In this document: in pieces, positions 59,920-64,000 of the stretch
Layout: each line of letters opens with the position of its first letter
Numbering within the stretch: the stretch's first letter is position 1
Assembly: GCF_009914755.1 (NCBI RefSeq)
Contig: NC_060927.1
DNA: 64,000 bases
Origin: the human T2T-CHM13v2.0 reference genome, Homo sapiens
Direction: 5' to 3' (one strand)
Position numbers and translations under genes: made by a program
The notes under the pieces: generated by a model
The model's input: only the letters and a program-made list of their open reading frames with translations
Database searches by the model: none
Told to the model about the DNA's origin: nothing

Positions 59920-60559
59920 GAGAATAACAATACTGGCAGCACCTTATTTTAGATATTGTGATTGTCCAGTCCCCTCTGAGAGGGCTATTTCAGCTGCGAT
60001 CTCAAATATAAAGAAGGAGTCAGCCATGGGAAGAGCTGAGGCAAAAGCATGCCAGACAGCAGCTGCAATGGTCTGGAGGTGGGAGAGACCAGGAGTGTTT
60101 TTGACATTGTCTGAGGTTGCATATGGCCAGAGTACAAAGAGTAAAGAAGAGAAAAATGCCTGATGACCCTGCAGAAGTGGGCAGGAGGTGCAGAGAGCCA
60201 CACCCTTTGCCTCTGAGGGGGAAAAAAATGGATTTCTAAGCAAAGAATTAATGTAATTTTTTTTAAAAAATGTAAGATCTCTTAGTATTATGTAGGGAAT
60301 TAATTTGCATAGAACAAGAATGAAATCTGGGAAGCCAAGTAAGAGACTATTGTGCTCATGGGAAATCACCATGGTCCAGACCAGGGTGATGGTAGTGGAG
60401 GTAAAAATGAATGGACAGACTTGAGATCTATTTCAGTGGTATGGTCAGCAATATTTATCAGGGAATCAGGTGGATGGGAAAAGTGAAAGAAAAAGAGGAA
60501 ACTCTAAGGTGATGCTCAGATTTTTGTTACGACATAAAGGCTGATGGTGGTACTAAATA

Positions 60560-63004
60560 CAGGCATATCTCATTTTATTGTGTTTCTTTTTATTATGCTT
60601 TATAGATGCTGCATTTTTAACAAATTGAAGGTTTGTAACAACTCTGCATCTAGCAAGTCTATTGGTGCCATTTTTTCAATAGCATGTGCTCACTTCATGT
60701 CTCTATGTCACATTTTGTTAATTCTCACAATATTTCAAACTTTTTCCTTATTATTATATTTGTTATGATGATGTGTGATCTGTGATCTTTGATGTTACTC
60801 TTGTAATTGTTTGGGGGCACCATAAACCATGCCCATATAAGATGGCAAACTTAATCAATAAATGCGTGTGTTCTGACTGCTGCATTATCCAGTCTTTCCC
60901 CCATCTCTCTTCCTCTCCTTGAGCCTGTTTATTCCCTGAGACACAACAAGATTGAAATTAGGCTAATTAATAACCCTACAATAGATGCTTAGTGTTCAAG
61001 TGAAAGGAAGAGTCACACATCTCTCTCTTTAAATCAAAAGCTAGAAAGAATTAAGCTTAGTAAGGAAGGCATGTCAAAAGCTGAGATAGGTTGAAAGCTA
61101 GGCCTCTTATGCCAAACAGTTAACTAAGCAGTGAATGCACAGGAAATGTTCTTGAAGAAAATTACAAATGCTGCTCCAGTGAACACAAAATTCTAGCGGT
61201 CTGGACAGAAGATCAAATTAGCCACAACATTTCCTTGAATCAAAGCCTAATCCAGAGCAAGACTCTTAACTATCCTGAATTCTATGAAAGCTGAAAGAGG
61301 CGAGGAAACTGTAAATGGAAATTGTGAAGCTAGCACAAGTTAGTTCATAAAGCTTAAGAAAAGAGGTTATCTCCATAACATAGAAGTACACAGTGAAGCA
61401 GCAAGTGCTGATCCAGAAGCTGCAGCAAGTTATACAGAAGCTGTAGCTAAGATCGTTGATAAAGGTGGCTACTACACAATAGATTTTCAATGTTGGTGAA
61501 ACAGTCTTCTATTGGAAGAAGATATCACCTAGGATTTTCCTTGCTAGCAAGAAGTCAATGCCTGGTTTCAAAGCTTATAAGACAGGCTGACTCTTGTTAG
61601 AGACTAATGCAGCTGGTGACTTTAAATTAAGGCCAATGACCATTGACCATTCAGAAAACCCTAGGACCCTTAAGAATTATGCTAAATCTACTCTGCCTGT
61701 GTTCTATAAATGGAACAAAGCATGGATAACAGCATAACTGTTTATAGTATGGTTTACTGGATATTTTAAGCCCACTATTGAGACCTACTATTCAGGAAAG
61801 AAAATATCCCTTTCAAAATATTACTGCCCACTAGCTCTGATGGAGATGCACAAGAAGATGATTGTTGCTTTCATGCCTGCTAACACAGTATCGATTCTGC
61901 AGACAATGGATAAAGGAATAATTCTGAATTTTAAGTCTTACTACTTAAGAAATACATTTCATAAGGCTATAGGAGACATAGAGGGTGATTCTTCTGATAA
62001 ATCTGGGCAAAGTAAATTGAAAATTTTTGGAAAGAATTCGCTATTCTTGGTGCCATTAAGAATATTTGTGATTCATAGGAGATCAAAACATCTACATTAA
62101 TAGGAGTTTGGAAGAAGTTGATGCCAACCTTGATGTATTACTTGGAGGGATTTAAAACTTCAGGGAAAGAAGTAACTGCAGATGTGTAGAAGTAGCAAGA
62201 GAATGTAATTAGAAGTGGAGCCTGAAGACATGAGTGAATTGCTACAGCCTCATAAACAAGCTTGAGCAGATGAGAAGTTGCTTCTTATGAATGAGCAAAC
62301 AATGTGGTTTCTTAAGATAGAATCTACTTCGGGTGAAGATGCTGTGAACATTGTTGAAATAACAACAAATAATTTAGAATATTACATAAACTTCATTGGC
62401 AGGGTTTGAGAGAACTGACTCCAATTTTGAAAGAAGTTCTACTGAGGGCAAAATGTCATCAAACATCAACGCATTCTATAGAGAAATCTTTTGTGAAAGA
62501 GTCAATCAATGTGGCAAAGTTCATTGTTGTCTTATTTTTTTAAATTGCCACAGCCACCTCCAACTTCAGCAACCACCATCCTGATTAGTCAACAGACATC
62601 TACATCATAGCAAGACACTCCAACAGCAATAATATTATGACTTGCTGAAGGACCAGATGTTTATTAGCACTTTTAAGCAGTACAGATATTTATATATTTA
62701 TTTATTTATTATTTATTTCTGTAGAGATGAAGTCTCACTATATTTCCCAGGTTGGTCTTGAACTCCCAGCCCAGAGCAATCCTCCAGCATTGGTCTCCCA
62801 AAGTGTTGGGATTACAGGCATGAGCCACCATGTCTGGTTAAGTAATTTTTAATTAAGGTACATTGATTTTCAGACAAATGCTATTGCATACTTATAGACT
62901 ACACTATAGTGTAAACATAACTTTCATATGTACCGGGAAACCAAAAGATTCATGTGACTCACCTTTTTTGCAGTACTCTGTGCAATATCCTCAAGGTATG
63001 CCTG
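60560..63004 (+). mobile_element. Tigger1 (TcMar-Tigger), near full length, transposase decayed
   Basis: TIRs caggcata.ct / aggtatgcctg, TA target duplication at 60558-60559 and 63005-63006; transposase remnants (CSSERKSHTSLSLNQKL, FMPANT.SILQ.MD.GII.NFKSYYLR). Confidence 0.95.
62690..62838 (-). mobile_element. FLAM_C monomer nested in Tigger1
   Basis: gtagagatgaagtctcactat...gcaatcctcc...cccaaagtgttgggattacaggcatgagccacc; (TTTA) tail. Confidence 0.85.
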
Positions 63005-63677
63005 TAATAATATAAAGAAAGCTGAAGTGAAGGCATAGAGCTGTGTGTATGTGGTGGCTATGGATTCAGTATTTCTGTTTTGGATGTGTTCCACTTAAGA
63101 TATATAGGAGGAAGTGTTGAATTTGCATACCTGTAGCTCAAAGAACTCTAGACCAAAGATTTAAATGTTGAAATTATCCAATAGAAATGATATTTAACCC
63201 TCAGAAATATGCTGTGAAATCACCTTGGCTGAAAGTGGGGAGATGGAAAGAAACAGGCACATTTCCAAAGCTGTTATTTGGAGATTAGGTAGAGAAGGAG
63301 AAACCAGCAAAGAAGACTGAAAGGTAGAGGAAGAAAAGAGATTAATGTGGTGTCATGGAAGTCAAGAGGTAAAATTTCTCAAGAAAGAGGAAGAGATTGT
63401 TTGAAACATGCTGAGAAGCAACTGAGTTAAATGCATGGAGATAAGTTTTTCATCGATTTTAGCAAAGTTGAGATTTTGCATGACTTTGAAAAGGACAGTT
63501 TCCATAGAGTGGTAGGGAGTGAAGTCCAGATAAAAAGCTATATGGGAGGTGAGGACAAATAATACAAACAATATTTTTTAGGAACTTTGTCATGGAAAGG
63601 AATAGAAAAATGAACAGTGGTTGTAGAAGAATGAGAGGCCAAGGTCAAGTTTTACTTTACGTTGGATTATTCTGGAG

Positions 63678-63861
63678 CAGTGATTTTCAGACTGTATCTT
63701 ACCTCAGAATTACCTAATGGGTTTATTTGGAAAACCAATGACTGCTCTTCAGAGTTTCTGATTGAGTAGGACTAGGGTAGAATATGAGAATTTGCATTTC
63801 CAACAAGTTTCCACAAGATACTGATGCTATTGACTCGGGGACCACACTTTGAGATCTGCTA
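63678..63861 (-). mobile_element. MER5A hAT-Charlie
   Basis: cagagtttctgatt.agtagg...gagaatttgcatttccaacaagtt...ggggaccacactttgag; 8-bp flanks ttctggag / ctctagaa. Confidence 0.85.
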
Positions 63862-64000
63862 CTCTAGAATATGTGTGTGTGCTGCAAGAAATGGTCCTAT
63901 ATAGAGGAAGACATTGGTGAGGCAAGAAAGGAAGAAGTTTAGGAGCAAAGTTCTTGAAAATATTAAGGCCTGGGATGCATTGCACAAATGTCTTTTATTG

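Larger units (their letters stand above)
59715..64000 (-). mobile_element. L2 LINE in three pieces (about 59715-60557, 63007-63670, 63870-64000) split by Tigger1 and MER5A
   Basis: cattcattcatt...atatttattgag 3' end; purine-rich L2 body (gagtcagccatg, ggtggtagtggagg, ggtgtcatggaagtcaagag) continues across both insertions. Confidence 0.7.

Overview
AT-rich primate genomic DNA. AluY and L1PA3/4-type elements indicate human or another ape. There is no CpG island, no recognisable host protein-coding exon and no RNA gene. Much of the window is interspersed repeat: two young L1PA copies (one 5'-inverted and carrying a nested AluYd-type element), older L1M/HAL1/L2/MIR, about a dozen Alu/FLAM copies, MaLR and ERVL solo LTRs, and DNA transposons (MER20, MER5, Charlie1b, MER58B, MER97, near-full-length Tigger1). 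All long ORFs in the track are decayed L1 ORF2, Tigger1 or Alu/simple-repeat read-through. The best non-repeat signal is on the minus strand at 15534-15585. It has a branch point, a 27/28 pyrimidine tract and TAG directly followed by GTAAGT, the textbook recursive splice site (ratchet point) architecture. L1/LTR orientation is biased to the plus strand, which together with this site suggests the window lies inside a very long intron of a minus-strand gene. Repeat subfamily names come from recalled consensus sequences, not a search, and boundaries of old repeats are approximate. The locus could not be identified from sequence alone.
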